Assembly: GCA_903857865.1 (NCBI GenBank)
Contig: CAIOGO010000009.1
Coordinates: 5,396 to 69,395 of the forward strand
Length of the DNA: 64,000 nucleotides
From: an uncultured bacterium
GTDB taxonomy: Bacteria; Bipolaricaulota; Bipolaricaulia; UBA7950; UBA9294
Direction: 5' to 3'
This document shows, in pieces, positions 1 through 9,931 of the stretch. The notes beneath the pieces are model-generated. The model worked only from the letters and a program-made list of their open reading frames with translations. It was not told the DNA's origin and made no database searches. Made by a program: the position numbers and the translations under genes. Position 1 is the first letter of the stretch. Every line of letters starts with the position of its first letter.

Positions 1-810
1 CCCTCTCGGGGCCTCCTGGGTGCTCTGACGGACGAGGAGGTCGCGCAGGGAAGCGAACCCGCTCGGGACCCCCGCGAGGCGCTCTCCGAGCTTCTCTCGC
101 AACTCATGAGCCGGGCCCAGATCGACCCCCGACAGAGCTTCGCCCTGACCGAGCAGGAGAAGACAGCCCTCCGAGATCTCCTGCAGGACCTGCCGGGCTC
201 GGGCCTCCGCCAGTCCCTTTCGTCGCTCCTGAGCGGAGAGACCGGGGACGCCTTGAAGGACCAGATCGCGGAGTCGAAACGGCTCCTCGACAGTCTGAAC
301 CAGAGCGCAGAGGGAGAGGGGAACGCGCAGGTCGACAGGGCACCCGAGGACCAGAAGGCCGACGTAAGTGAGGACGGAAGCGGGTCGATCGGCTGGGTCC
401 CCCCGGCGACGTCGTCCGAAGGAAACACCGGGAGCACCGAGGGGGGCGAGCAGCAGTCGGGAACGAAGCTCGAGGGACCGGGAACGGAGGACGAACTCGC
501 TCCTCCCCTCAACGAAGAGGGGGGCACGGCCGCTGGGCGCGCAGGTCCGGGCGAGGGATCCGCTCCTCCTCCCGGCGCTGGGTTCGTCCCAGAGGATCTT
601 CTGGGGAGCCTTGGCGCCGGTGGAGACATGCGCCGCTTCTTCACAAAGGGAATCCCGTTCGAGCCGCCGGCCGAGGAGCGTGGGCCTGCTGCCGTCCTCT
701 CCCTCGACTACGAGACCCTGCGGGCTCTGCTCGAGGCGCGCACCCTCGCGCCCGGTGTCCAGGCCCTCGTCCGCACCTACTTCGAGAAGATCACGCAAGG
801 AGGACCATGA
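1..810 (+). CDS. Hypothetical acidic/low-complexity protein, 5'-truncated, upstream member of the MoxR operon
   Basis: Frame is open from base 1. The C-terminus 'ALVRTYFEKI' resembles MoxR-operon coiled-coil proteins. Stop overlaps the moxR start (ATGA). Confidence 0.65.
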   Translation, partial: PSRGLLGALTDEEVAQGSEPARDPREALSELLSQLMSRAQIDPRQSFALTEQEKTALRDLLQDLPGSGLRQSLSSLLSGETGDALKDQIAESKRLLDSLNQSAEGEGNAQVDRAPEDQKADVSEDGSGSIGWVPPATSSEGNTGSTEGGEQQSGTKLEGPGTEDELAPPLNEEGGTAAGRAGPGEGSAPPPGAGFVPEDLLGSLGAGGDMRRFFTKGIPFEPPAEERGPAAVLSLDYETLRALLEARTLAPGVQALVRTYFEKITQGGP

Positions 811-1790
811 TCACTGAGAGAGACCTGGATCAAGCTCACGCTCTGCTCGGACGCCTTCGCGGGGCGATCGACGAGGTCATCGTCGGTCAGAAAGCCGTTG
901 TGGATGCGACCCTCATCACGCTCCTCTGCCGCGGCAACCTCCTCCTGGAAGGCGTCCCTGGCCTGGGGAAGACCCTCCTCGTCCGCGCCCTGGCAAGCGC
1001 CCTGGGGCTCCGCTTCTCGCGGATCCAGTTCACTCCGGACCTCATGCCGGCCGACATCCTGGGGACGAACATCCTTTCCGAAGACGGCGGGCGACGGCAA
1101 TTCACGTACTCCCCTGGCCCGATCTTCGCCAATGTGGTCCTCGCCGACGAGGTGAACCGCGCCACTCCCAAGACGCAGTCGGCTTTGCTCGAGGCGATGG
1201 AGGAGCGGACGGTCACGGTCGGCAAGGCCACGTACCCCCTCGAGGCCCCGTTCATCGTCCTCGCCACGCAGAACCCGATCGAGATGGAGGGAACGTACCC
1301 CCTTCCCGAGGCGCAGGTCGACCGGTTTCTCTTCAAGGTGTCTGTCGGCTATCCCTCCCTGGAGGACCTCACCGCAATCACCGAGCGGAACACTGAGTGC
1401 GCCGGGCTTTCCCTTCCGAAGCCCGTCGCAACGGCCGAGGAGGTCCTCTCCGCTCAGGCGGTCGTGCGCGAGATCCCGATCGCCAAGCCCCTCCGGCAGT
1501 ACGTCTCTCGGCTGGTCCTCGCGACCCATCCCGAGAGCGACCACGCCCCGAAGGACGTCAAGTCGTTCGTCGAGTACGGGGCGAGCCCCCGCGCGGCGAT
1601 TGCGATCATTCTGGGCGCCAAGGCGCACGCCCTCCTCGCCGAGGAGCCGAATGTGCGCAAAGTGGACATCGAGGCGGTCTTCCGCCCGGCTCTGGTTCAC
1701 CGCGTCATCCTGAACTTCAAGGGCGAGGCCGAGGGCGTGAGCGTGCCGACCCTCCTCGAACAAGTGTGGAAGGGGACGCCGGTCCTGTGA
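807..1790 (+). CDS. moxR: MoxR family AAA+ ATPase
   Basis: Walker A GVPGLGKT, RIQFTPDLMPAD, Walker B LADEVNRA, ATQNPIEMEGTYPLPEAQVDRF. Confidence 0.95.
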   Translation: MITERDLDQAHALLGRLRGAIDEVIVGQKAVVDATLITLLCRGNLLLEGVPGLGKTLLVRALASALGLRFSRIQFTPDLMPADILGTNILSEDGGRRQFTYSPGPIFANVVLADEVNRATPKTQSALLEAMEERTVTVGKATYPLEAPFIVLATQNPIEMEGTYPLPEAQVDRFLFKVSVGYPSLEDLTAITERNTECAGLSLPKPVATAEEVLSAQAVVREIPIAKPLRQYVSRLVLATHPESDHAPKDVKSFVEYGASPRAAIAIILGAKAHALLAEEPNVRKVDIEAVFRPALVHRVILNFKGEAEGVSVPTLLEQVWKGTPVL

Positions 1791-2668
1791 TGGAGCCAGT
1801 GATCGACGAGACCTTCCTCGCCCGCCTCGCCAACCTCAAGGTGATCGTCAAGGGACGGCGGAAGGGGAGGCTCGCGGGCCTCCACCCCTCCCCGCGCGCC
1901 GGCGTGAGCGTGGAGTTCGCCGACTACCGCGACTACACGTCCGGCGACGACTTCCGCTACATCGACTGGAACATCTACGGGCGTCTGGATCGCGTCCTTG
2001 TCAAGTCGTTCGTGCACGAGGCGGACCTGCCGATCTATCTTCTGGTCGACCTCTCGGCCTCGATGCGCTTGGGGACTCCGTCCAAAGCGCGGTACGCCGC
2101 TCGCCTGGCCGCAGCCCTCGCCTACCTCGGGCTGCGCGGACTGGACCGGGTGGGCCTCTATCCGTTTACCGACCGCCTCCTCCCGATCGTCGCCCCGCGC
2201 CACGGAATGGGACAGATGACCCACGTCGTCCACGCGCTCGAACGGATGCCCTCCGCGGGCAAGACGTCGATCGATCGTGCGCTTACGGAGTTCGTCTCCA
2301 AGAGCCATGAAAGCGGCCTCGTCTTCCTCCTCTCCGATTTCCTCTCCGACGCCGGCTACGAGGAGGGTCTCTCGCGCCTCTTGCATCGGGGCGACGAAGT
2401 CGTGGTGATCCAGATCCTCGGTCCCGAGGAACTCCGGCCGACGATCGAGGGGAGCGTCCTCGTCACCGATGTTGAGACCGCCGGCAAGACCCCCATGGTC
2501 ATCGGGCGCGGGACGCTCGCGCTCTACGAGCGTCGGCTTGGAGCCTATCTTGCGAAGCTTCGCGCGTACCTCTCCGATCACCGGGTTTCCTACGTCCTCG
2601 CCCCGACCGACGTCCCCCTTGAGGTCTTGATCCACGAGCGGCTGCGCGCGGGAGGGATCCTCCAGTGA
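1790..2668 (+). CDS. DUF58 domain protein
   Basis: G.SVEFADYRDYTSGDDFRYIDWN motif and DLSASM. The ATG at 1790 is coupled to the moxR stop; the ORF-track start at 1397 is too long. Confidence 0.92.
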   Translation: MEPVIDETFLARLANLKVIVKGRRKGRLAGLHPSPRAGVSVEFADYRDYTSGDDFRYIDWNIYGRLDRVLVKSFVHEADLPIYLLVDLSASMRLGTPSKARYAARLAAALAYLGLRGLDRVGLYPFTDRLLPIVAPRHGMGQMTHVVHALERMPSAGKTSIDRALTEFVSKSHESGLVFLLSDFLSDAGYEEGLSRLLHRGDEVVVIQILGPEELRPTIEGSVLVTDVETAGKTPMVIGRGTLALYERRLGAYLAKLRAYLSDHRVSYVLAPTDVPLEVLIHERLRAGGILQ

Positions 2669-4455
2669 TCTTCGCGAGCCCCGTGTACCTCTCCCTCCTC
2701 GCCCTGGCGGCCGGGATCATCCTCCTCTACTTCCTGCACACGCGTCGCCAACGGCACGAGGTCTCGGCCCTCTTCCTGTGGGAAGAACTCCCGAACGACC
2801 CGCGGACGCGCGCCGCGCGGATCCGGGTCCGGATCGATGCCTTGCTCCTCCTGCAGCTCCTCGTCCTCGTCGCGGTGGTCCTTGCCCTCGCTCAACCGGC
2901 GTTTCTGACGAAGAAGCCTCGCCTCGCTGGGCTGGCGATCGTTCTGGATGGGAGCGCGAGCCTTCGCGGGCGCAGCGCGGACGGGCGCCTGGCCGCTGAC
3001 CTCGCCCGGTCGGAGGCCTCGGCCCTGCTGGATCGCTACCCGACAACGCCCGTCGCTCTCCTCGAACTCTCGACCTCCCCTCGCGTCCTCGCGCCGGTTT
3101 CCACTGACCACGAGCGGGTCCGGCGGGCCATCGCCGCCTGGGAGCCCACCTGGTTCGGGAACGGCACGGGAGAGGATCTCACCGGCCTCCTGGCAAGCCA
3201 ACGGGGCACCTTCGAGCGGGTCGTCCTCCTGACCGACGGGCAGCCCGCGTTCTCTCTCCCCGATCTCGAAGTCGTCCCGTTCTCCCCGGGGGAGAACCTC
3301 GCGCTCACCGCGTTCAGCGTGCGTGAGGATCCGAGCGGGATAGGGTCGATCGCCTTTGTGCGCATGCGCAACGACACGCCCTCGTACCGCGAGGTCACCG
3401 TGCGCGTGAGCGACGGATCCCGGCGCATCCTCTTCCCTGCCCTCATCGCGCCCGGCGAAGAGCAGGCCTACGTCCTCCCCTTCCCCACGTCGGTCGGACC
3501 GGTCTTCACCGCGACGATCGACGGCGCGGACACGTTCCCCGCGGACGACTCCCGCCTGTTCAGCCTTGCCCGCCGGACGGAGTGGCGAATCCGGATCGTG
3601 GGGCAGATTGACCGCTACCTCCGCGCTGCCCTGGCCTCCGTCGGCGCCGTCCGCTTCCTCGAGGCGTCCGACCCGACCTCCGCCGATATCAACGTAGCGT
3701 ACGGCGTTCCCCTCCCGGCGGGTGTCTCGGGGAGTGTCCTCCTCGTCCACGGCTCTCTCCCCGGGGTTGTCGAGGTCGGGGAGGACCAGGAGGGGGACGC
3801 GGGGACCCTTGCCGTCGATGCCCCCGGAGACCCTCTCCTCGCAAACGTCGATCCGCTCGACTTCGTCGTCCGCCGCGCCCCGGTGGTTCGACCCCTGGCG
3901 GCCGGCGTCACCCTCCTCTCTGCCGGAGGGGAGCCGGTTCTCTGGCGGGCCGACCTGCCGGAGCGACGCGTGGTCCTTCTCGCTCCCGATCCGGTCAAGA
4001 CGAACCTTCCGTTGACCGTCGACTTCCCGATCCTCGTGTGGAATATCCTCCACTGGCTCTCGCTCGCGGATCCGTCCGCCCCGCCTCCCGCCCTGGTCGC
4101 TGGCGAGCCGATCCCCTTCGCGCCGTACGGGGTCCCTGAGCGCCTGAAGGATCCCTCCGGCCACGAGACGGAGATCGACCCCAACTCCGTCGGCTTCCTT
4201 GCGAAGGCCCCTGGGATCTACCAACTCACCACGTCGTCCGGAGCCTACGCGATCGCCGTGAACGTGGACTGGAACGAGTCGCCTCGCCCCGCAGGCGCGG
4301 GAACTGTCGCGCCGCCCGCCCGCGAGGGGGCCACAAACACTCTCGAGGCTGCCCTGCTCTCTGCGTGGCCGATCGCTGCGGTCCTGGCCCTCGCCCTCCT
4401 CGTCCTGGAGAGCGCCATCTATCAGCGGCCCGGACTTCCGAGGAGGCGAGAGTGA
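2665..4455 (+). CDS. BatA N-terminal double-TM + VWA domain protein
   Basis: N-terminal 'IILLYFL...VSALFLW...LLLLQLL...LALAQP', MIDAS-like DGSAS, LLTDG, and a C-terminal TM helix. Confidence 0.85.
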   Translation: MIFASPVYLSLLALAAGIILLYFLHTRRQRHEVSALFLWEELPNDPRTRAARIRVRIDALLLLQLLVLVAVVLALAQPAFLTKKPRLAGLAIVLDGSASLRGRSADGRLAADLARSEASALLDRYPTTPVALLELSTSPRVLAPVSTDHERVRRAIAAWEPTWFGNGTGEDLTGLLASQRGTFERVVLLTDGQPAFSLPDLEVVPFSPGENLALTAFSVREDPSGIGSIAFVRMRNDTPSYREVTVRVSDGSRRILFPALIAPGEEQAYVLPFPTSVGPVFTATIDGADTFPADDSRLFSLARRTEWRIRIVGQIDRYLRAALASVGAVRFLEASDPTSADINVAYGVPLPAGVSGSVLLVHGSLPGVVEVGEDQEGDAGTLAVDAPGDPLLANVDPLDFVVRRAPVVRPLAAGVTLLSAGGEPVLWRADLPERRVVLLAPDPVKTNLPLTVDFPILVWNILHWLSLADPSAPPPALVAGEPIPFAPYGVPERLKDPSGHETEIDPNSVGFLAKAPGIYQLTTSSGAYAIAVNVDWNESPRPAGAGTVAPPAREGATNTLEAALLSAWPIAAVLALALLVLESAIYQRPGLPRRRE

Positions 4456-6959
4456 TCCGCTTCGCGACCCCGCTCGTCCTTCTCGCCCTCCCAGCGCTTG
4501 CCGTTCTACTCTTCCTCGGCCGAAACCGCCTGCGCGAGCTCGTCCTCCCCGCCCTCGCTGTGCTCGTCCTTATCGTGGCCCTGGCGGGACCTGAGCTGCG
4601 GCAAGAGGAGCGCCAGGAGAACGTCTACATCCTTCTCGATTGCTCTCCGAGCGTCACCGCCGCCGTTGCGGAAGGCGAGGTGGAGGATGCCTTGGCTTCC
4701 ATCCGCGCGGCGAACCCGGGCCAACGATTCGGGACGGTCTCCTTCGCCTCGCGGGCGACGATCTCCGATCCCCTCTCCGACGAGTCGATCCCCTTTGCCC
4801 TCCTCTCCGAGATCCGTGATCTTGGGGCACGGACGGACCTCGCCCCCGCCGTGAGCCTTGCCCTCGCCGCGCTGCCCGAGGGGGGCGCGAACCAGATCGT
4901 CCTTGCGAGCGACGGGCGGATCACGGATGGCCTGCTCGAGGCCGTGAGCGCGGCGCGCGCGGCGAACGTGCCCATCTCCGCTCTCCCCCTCGGCCAGACT
5001 GTCGGGGCCGACGCCTCCCTCGTCCGCCTCGAGATTCCCGCTCGCGTGGAGGTGGGTCGGCCCTTCCAGGTTGTGGTCAGCATCGAGTCCTCGACGCCCG
5101 GAGAGGCGATCCTCGCCCTCTACCGCAACGGCGAACTCGTCTCATCCACCCCCATCTCTCTGGAGGACAAGCTCTCCCGCTTCCAGATCCCGGACACCCT
5201 CAGTTCGGTCGGCGCTCAGACCTACCGTGCGGCGGTGAAACGTTCTGGAGACCCGATCCCGGAGAACGACTCCCTCTCCGTCTTCGCCCAGACCGGCCCC
5301 CATCCTCCGCTCCTCGTCGTCTCGCCGGGGGCCTCCAGCGCCCTTGTCGCCCTCCTCGCGGCCTCCGGGAAGCCCTACACGGCGAGCCCGGTCGTCCCCC
5401 CACTTGGGGAGCTCGCCGACTACCGCGAGATCCTCCTCACGGGACTCCCCCTGAGTGGACTCGCGTACGACGACATCGAAACGCTGCGCTCCTTCGTCAC
5501 GGATCTCGGCGGTGGCCTCCTCATCGCCGAGGGCGAAGCGGAACTCCGCGGGATCCGGGGTGGCGGAATTGAGGATCTCCTTCCCGTCTCCTACACGCTT
5601 CCCCAGCGAGCGGAGCAGGCGAGCCTCGCCGTCGTCTACCTCCTCGACCGCTCGGCGAGCATGCTCGGGCACGCTGAAGGCGCCGTGAAGATCGACGTCG
5701 TGAAAGAGGCGGCCGCCGCCAGTGTCAGCCTCCTCGACCCTGACGCCTTGGCCGGAGTCGTCGCCTTCGACCGGAACTTCAAGTGGCTCCGACCCGTCGC
5801 CCCAGTCCTCGACGGGCGCGAGATCTACGAGTCGCTCCGGACGCTCGAGGCGAGCGGGGGGACCGACATCTACTACCCGACGGTCGCCGCGCTCGACGCC
5901 CTCGAGCAGGTCTCGGCGCGCGTCAAGCACATCCTCATCCTCTCCGACGGCAAGACGGTCGACGAGCCCCGTGACTGGGATGGCCTTTTCGCCCATCTGG
6001 AGGCGCAGTCCGGCGTCCACCTCTCCGTGATCGCCGTCGGCCCCCAGCCAAACCGCCCGCTCCTCGACCGCCTGGCTGAGGCCGGGCACGGGTCGGTCTA
6101 CGTCGCGGCGGACTTCTCGACCCTCCCGCAGGTCTCGATGGAGGCGACCCAGCGCCTCTCGCGGAGCCGCTTCGTGACCGAAGAGACACCGGTGGCCGGC
6201 CCGCTGGCGGCCGGGGACCTCGCCGCGATCCCGTCGCTTCAGGGCTATGCCCTGACCTACCCCCGTCCGACGGCCGAGGTCCTCCTCTCAGCGGGGAATG
6301 ACCCGATTCTTGCCCGCTGGCGGCTTGGCCTGGGGCGGGCCGGCGTCCTGAACACCGATCTCGCCGGGATGTGGTCGCGCGACTGGCTCTCCTGGAGCCG
6401 TGCCCCTCTTCTCCTCGAGGCCGTGCTCGGGAGCGTCGAGGCCGAGACCTGGGTCGCCCAGGGCCTTCGGCCGTCCACCGAGGTCGGGGAGTTCGGCGTT
6501 CACGTGCGTGTCGAGGCGCGGGAGTCCGACGGGGCCTTCGCCGACTTCCTCGACCTCGAGGCCGTTCTCCTCCCTGGCGGTACGGTCACTCGGCTCGAGC
6601 AAACGAGCGTCGGCCTCTACGAGGCGACGCTCCCCGCTCTCGCGGAGGGAGGCTACGCCTTGAGAGTCGTCGACCGGACGCGAGATCGGGTCGCCCTCCT
6701 CCCCTTCTCCGTCCCCTACCCGGAGGAGTACCGCCAGACCGGCGTCGACGAGGCGACCCTCCGCGCAGTCGCCCGAGCGACCGGCGGGCGCCTCCTCGTG
6801 GACGAGGTCCTCCCCAAACCGTCCGCCGCCTCGGCGAACCTCTCCTACGTTCCCATTCACCAGCAAGCTCTTCTCCTCTCCCTCGCCCTCTTCCTCCTCG
6901 AGCTCGGACGTCGGAAGCTCCCTCGTCGCCCGACGAGGCCGACACCGCGGGCCGACTGA
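4452..6959 (+). CDS. Double VWA domain membrane protein with glutamine-amidotransferase-like domain
   Basis: GTG start after AGGAGG. Two MIDAS motifs (DCSPS, DRSAS), GGTDI, LSDG, 'DPILARWRLGLGR', 'YPEEY', and a C-terminal TM helix. Confidence 0.85.
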   Translation: MIRFATPLVLLALPALAVLLFLGRNRLRELVLPALAVLVLIVALAGPELRQEERQENVYILLDCSPSVTAAVAEGEVEDALASIRAANPGQRFGTVSFASRATISDPLSDESIPFALLSEIRDLGARTDLAPAVSLALAALPEGGANQIVLASDGRITDGLLEAVSAARAANVPISALPLGQTVGADASLVRLEIPARVEVGRPFQVVVSIESSTPGEAILALYRNGELVSSTPISLEDKLSRFQIPDTLSSVGAQTYRAAVKRSGDPIPENDSLSVFAQTGPHPPLLVVSPGASSALVALLAASGKPYTASPVVPPLGELADYREILLTGLPLSGLAYDDIETLRSFVTDLGGGLLIAEGEAELRGIRGGGIEDLLPVSYTLPQRAEQASLAVVYLLDRSASMLGHAEGAVKIDVVKEAAAASVSLLDPDALAGVVAFDRNFKWLRPVAPVLDGREIYESLRTLEASGGTDIYYPTVAALDALEQVSARVKHILILSDGKTVDEPRDWDGLFAHLEAQSGVHLSVIAVGPQPNRPLLDRLAEAGHGSVYVAADFSTLPQVSMEATQRLSRSRFVTEETPVAGPLAAGDLAAIPSLQGYALTYPRPTAEVLLSAGNDPILARWRLGLGRAGVLNTDLAGMWSRDWLSWSRAPLLLEAVLGSVEAETWVAQGLRPSTEVGEFGVHVRVEARESDGAFADFLDLEAVLLPGGTVTRLEQTSVGLYEATLPALAEGGYALRVVDRTRDRVALLPFSVPYPEEYRQTGVDEATLRAVARATGGRLLVDEVLPKPSAASANLSYVPIHQQALLLSLALFLLELGRRKLPRRPTRPTPRAD

Positions 6960-7147
6960 GTCGGGTTCAAGCGACGGCAGGAGCGTTCTTCCCGGCCTCG
7001 TTTCAGCCGCTCGGAGGGCCCCGCGCGGGCGGGTCGCACACAGTCGCCGCCTTAGAGGCTTCCCGAGTCCAGGTGGACTCTTGGCGGTGTCCACGGGTGT
7101 TCAGACTGAGACGTGAACGGGATCCTTGGCGAGCGATACTCCTGACT

Positions 7148-7633
7148 CTAGCGCCGCTTGTAGGCAGCCAGGCCTTCTCGCGCAGCGTCCATCTTCGCAG
7201 CGGCGGAGTTCCAGAGGATGCGAATCGCATAGTCCGCGTCCGTGTCTTCCATGGCGAACTCGGGATGGACAGCTTTGAACTTGCGCCATGCACATTCTTC
7301 GCACTCGTCGAACTTCGTCCCCCAGGCACGCATGGCGTTCTGGTATGCGTAGAGCGCCTCCGCAAGATGAGAAGCGACTTCGCGAGCCTCGTCGTCCTCA
7401 GGCTCGTAGGCCATGAGGGCAGTGGAGGCGCTGGGAACCCGCTGTGCGTAGTCCGCGTAGGGCACGCCCGTTTTCGTGGCGGACTCGACCGCGGCAACCG
7501 CGTCATATGCCGCTTGGAGCTTATCAAGACGCTGCGCCCGGTCGGCAGCAGCACGATTCTGCTTGGTGCAGGCAGTGACAAGGCACGCCAGGCAAAGAAT
7601 GACTACCCCCACAACAAACAGCCGCCGTTGCAT
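7148..7633 (-). CDS. Hypothetical lipoprotein
   Basis: Signal peptide with lipobox LVTA-C and an upstream AGGAGG RBS. The body looks helical. Confidence 0.7.
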   Translation of the reverse strand: MQRRLFVVGVVILCLACLVTACTKQNRAAADRAQRLDKLQAAYDAVAAVESATKTGVPYADYAQRVPSASTALMAYEPEDDEAREVASHLAEALYAYQNAMRAWGTKFDECEECAWRKFKAVHPEFAMEDTDADYAIRILWNSAAAKMDAAREGLAAYKRR

Positions 7634-7951
7634 CTGATCGCTCCTCCTGAGCAGGGTGATGCATCCAGCCTACGAGAATTGCGTTGCTGAAGCAAGATCT
7701 ATAGGCCACGGGTCTCTTGGTGGACTCCTGAGAGTGTTGCTCCGGTCACTCTTTCCTTTCTCCCAACCTCCAACCGTCGCCGACTGCAAGCACTTCTGTG
7801 AACCTGGACACACTCGTGCATACCGATCCCGCTTCTGCTGCAGACCCGGTTACGTGCGGCAAGAAGAACCCAGCAGCTAAGCTTGGCTGTGGCCTCCAAG
7901 CTCCCGAAGCGTCGGGAGAAGGGGCTTTCCGGGCGCAGCAGCAATTGCTGG

Positions 7952-8914
7952 CTAGCGCCGCGTCTGGCGCGGATCGAAGGCGTCGCGGACCCCATCGCCG
8001 AGGAAGTTGAACGCGAACAGGGTGATCGAGATCGCGAGGGCCGGCCACAGGACGAGATGGAAATGCGACCGCATCGCGACATACCCCTCGGAGAGCATCA
8101 TCCCCCAACTCGGGGTCGGCGGGTTCACCCCCAGGCCGATGAAGGAGAGGAAGGCCTCGTATAGGATGAATCCTGGGATCTGGAGCGCCTGAGCGACGAT
8201 GGCCGGGCCGAGGACGTTGGGAAGGACGTGACGGCGCAGGATCTGGGAGCGCGGCGTCCCGACCGCCCGCGCCGCCTCAACGTAGTCCTTTCCGCGCACG
8301 GAGAGGACCATCCCGCGGACCAGTCGCGCCATCCCGAGCCACGAGGTGAGTCCGATCCCGAGGAAGATGAAGAACATCCCGCCCGTTGCCCGGTCGATGT
8401 TCGAGAGGGCGCCCCGGAATCCCCCTTCGGCGACGCCGGAGACAGAGAAGCTCGACTTGAAGAAGACCATGAGGAGGATAATGAGGAGAAGGGTGGGGAA
8501 GGAATACATGATGTCGACGAAGCGCATCATGATGTTGTCCGTCTTCCCGCCGAAGAACCCCGCGATAAGGCCGAAGGTCACGCCGATGACGAAGGCCGTG
8601 AGCGCGCCGATGAGCCCCGCGGAGAGGGAGATCCGCGCCCCGAAGATGAGACGAGACAGCATGTCCCGCCCCATGAAGTCGCACCCGAGGGGGTGGGCCG
8701 CACTAGGCCCAGCGTAGTTGTTCCTGATGTTCCCCTCCGTGATGCTGTAGGGCGCGACGAAGTCGGCGAAGACCGCTGCTAGGACGATGACGAGAAGGAT
8801 GGCCCCGCCCGCTACGGCAGCCCGGTTCTTCAAGAGCCGGCGCATGGCGTCCCGCCCCAGGCTTCGCGGCTTGTCCGAGGTTTGTTCACCCGATTGCGGT
8901 TTGCGGCGGGCCAT
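7952..8914 (-). CDS. oppC: Oligopeptide ABC transporter permease OppC
   Basis: HPLGCDFMGRDMLSRL, EAA motif YVEAARAVG, PPTPSWG, and GDGVRDAFDPR. Confidence 0.93.
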   Translation of the reverse strand: MARRKPQSGEQTSDKPRSLGRDAMRRLLKNRAAVAGGAILLVIVLAAVFADFVAPYSITEGNIRNNYAGPSAAHPLGCDFMGRDMLSRLIFGARISLSAGLIGALTAFVIGVTFGLIAGFFGGKTDNIMMRFVDIMYSFPTLLLIILLMVFFKSSFSVSGVAEGGFRGALSNIDRATGGMFFIFLGIGLTSWLGMARLVRGMVLSVRGKDYVEAARAVGTPRSQILRRHVLPNVLGPAIVAQALQIPGFILYEAFLSFIGLGVNPPTPSWGMMLSEGYVAMRSHFHLVLWPALAISITLFAFNFLGDGVRDAFDPRQTRR

Positions 8915-8933
8915 ACCGTCTCCCCCTTTCTTC

Positions 8934-9851
8934 CTAGTTGTAGCGGATCCGTGGGTCAAGCAGGGCGTAGCTGATGTCCACGAGGAGGTTCATAAGGATG
9001 ATGAGTAGGGCGAAGATGAGCGTCGTCGCCATGATCACCGGGTAGTCGCGGTTCCCAATGCTCGTGACATAGTACTTGCCGATGCCCGGGATGCCGAAGA
9101 TCTGTTCCACAACGAGAGAACCCGTAAGGATGTCCGCGAACGCGGGGCCGGCGATCGTGGTCACTGGGATGAGGGCGTTGCGGAAAGCGTGCTTCAGGTT
9201 GACGACCGACTCCCGTATGCCCTTAGCGCGAGCGGTGACGATGTACTCCTCACGAGTGACCTGAAGCATCGAGGCGCGGGTGATCCGCGCGAAGCGAGAG
9301 AGGTAGAACGTCGACAGGGTGAGGGCTGGGAGGATGATGTGCGCCGGCGTTCCCCACGTCGCGACCGGGAGCCACTTGAGCTTGAGGGCGAAGATCCAGA
9401 TCAGGAACGGTCCGAGGGCGATGCTGGGAATGGACACGCCCAACATCGCCACCACCATCGAGGAGTGATCGATCAGAGTGTTCTGCTTGACCGCAGAAAG
9501 GATGCCGAGAGGAATCCCTAGACACGCTGCGAACACGAAAGCGACCGCACCTAGGGTCATGGTGACGGGCCACTGCTGCGCCAGGATCTCGTTCACGGTC
9601 CGTGCGCGATAGGCAATCGACGGGCCGAAGTCGAGGCGGATGAAGCCCCACATGTATTCGCCGTACTGTTTCCAGAGAGGGTCGTCAAGGTGGTACTTCG
9701 CCTCGAGGTTCTTCTGGATCGCCGCCGGCAGCGCTCTCTCCCGGGTAAATGGGCTACCCGGCACAGAGTGCATCAGGATGAACGTCAGCGCCGACACGAC
9801 GAAGATGACCGGGATCGTCCACAGCATCCGCCGCAGGATAAACTGGAACAT
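8934..9851 (-). CDS. oppB: Oligopeptide ABC transporter permease OppB
   Basis: PGSPF, DFGPS, YIVTARAKG, RDYPVI, and LDPRI. Confidence 0.93.
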   Translation of the reverse strand: MFQFILRRMLWTIPVIFVVSALTFILMHSVPGSPFTRERALPAAIQKNLEAKYHLDDPLWKQYGEYMWGFIRLDFGPSIAYRARTVNEILAQQWPVTMTLGAVAFVFAACLGIPLGILSAVKQNTLIDHSSMVVAMLGVSIPSIALGPFLIWIFALKLKWLPVATWGTPAHIILPALTLSTFYLSRFARITRASMLQVTREEYIVTARAKGIRESVVNLKHAFRNALIPVTTIAGPAFADILTGSLVVEQIFGIPGIGKYYVTSIGNRDYPVIMATTLIFALLIILMNLLVDISYALLDPRIRYN

Positions 9852-9876
9852 CTAGAACTCCCTCCCTCAGAGAGAT

Positions 9877-9904
9877 AGGGGGGGGCGGGACGACGCCCCC
9901 CCCT
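9877..9904 (-). terminator. Strong hairpin between oppA and oppB (mRNA stabiliser or partial terminator)
   Basis: AGGGGGGGGCG-ggacga-CGCCCCCCCCT inverted repeat. Confidence 0.6.
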
Positions 9905-9931
9905 GTTACGGCTCTAGTACCTCCGGCGACC

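Noticed and set aside
1-6959. MoxR-DUF58-VWA-VWA operon as a novel system
   Set aside because: This is a widespread, already described gene arrangement, though poorly understood.
7634-7950. Lower-GC intergenic region with short ORFs, checked for tRNA/ncRNA
   Set aside because: No cloverleaf, recognisable RNA motif or credible CDS was found.
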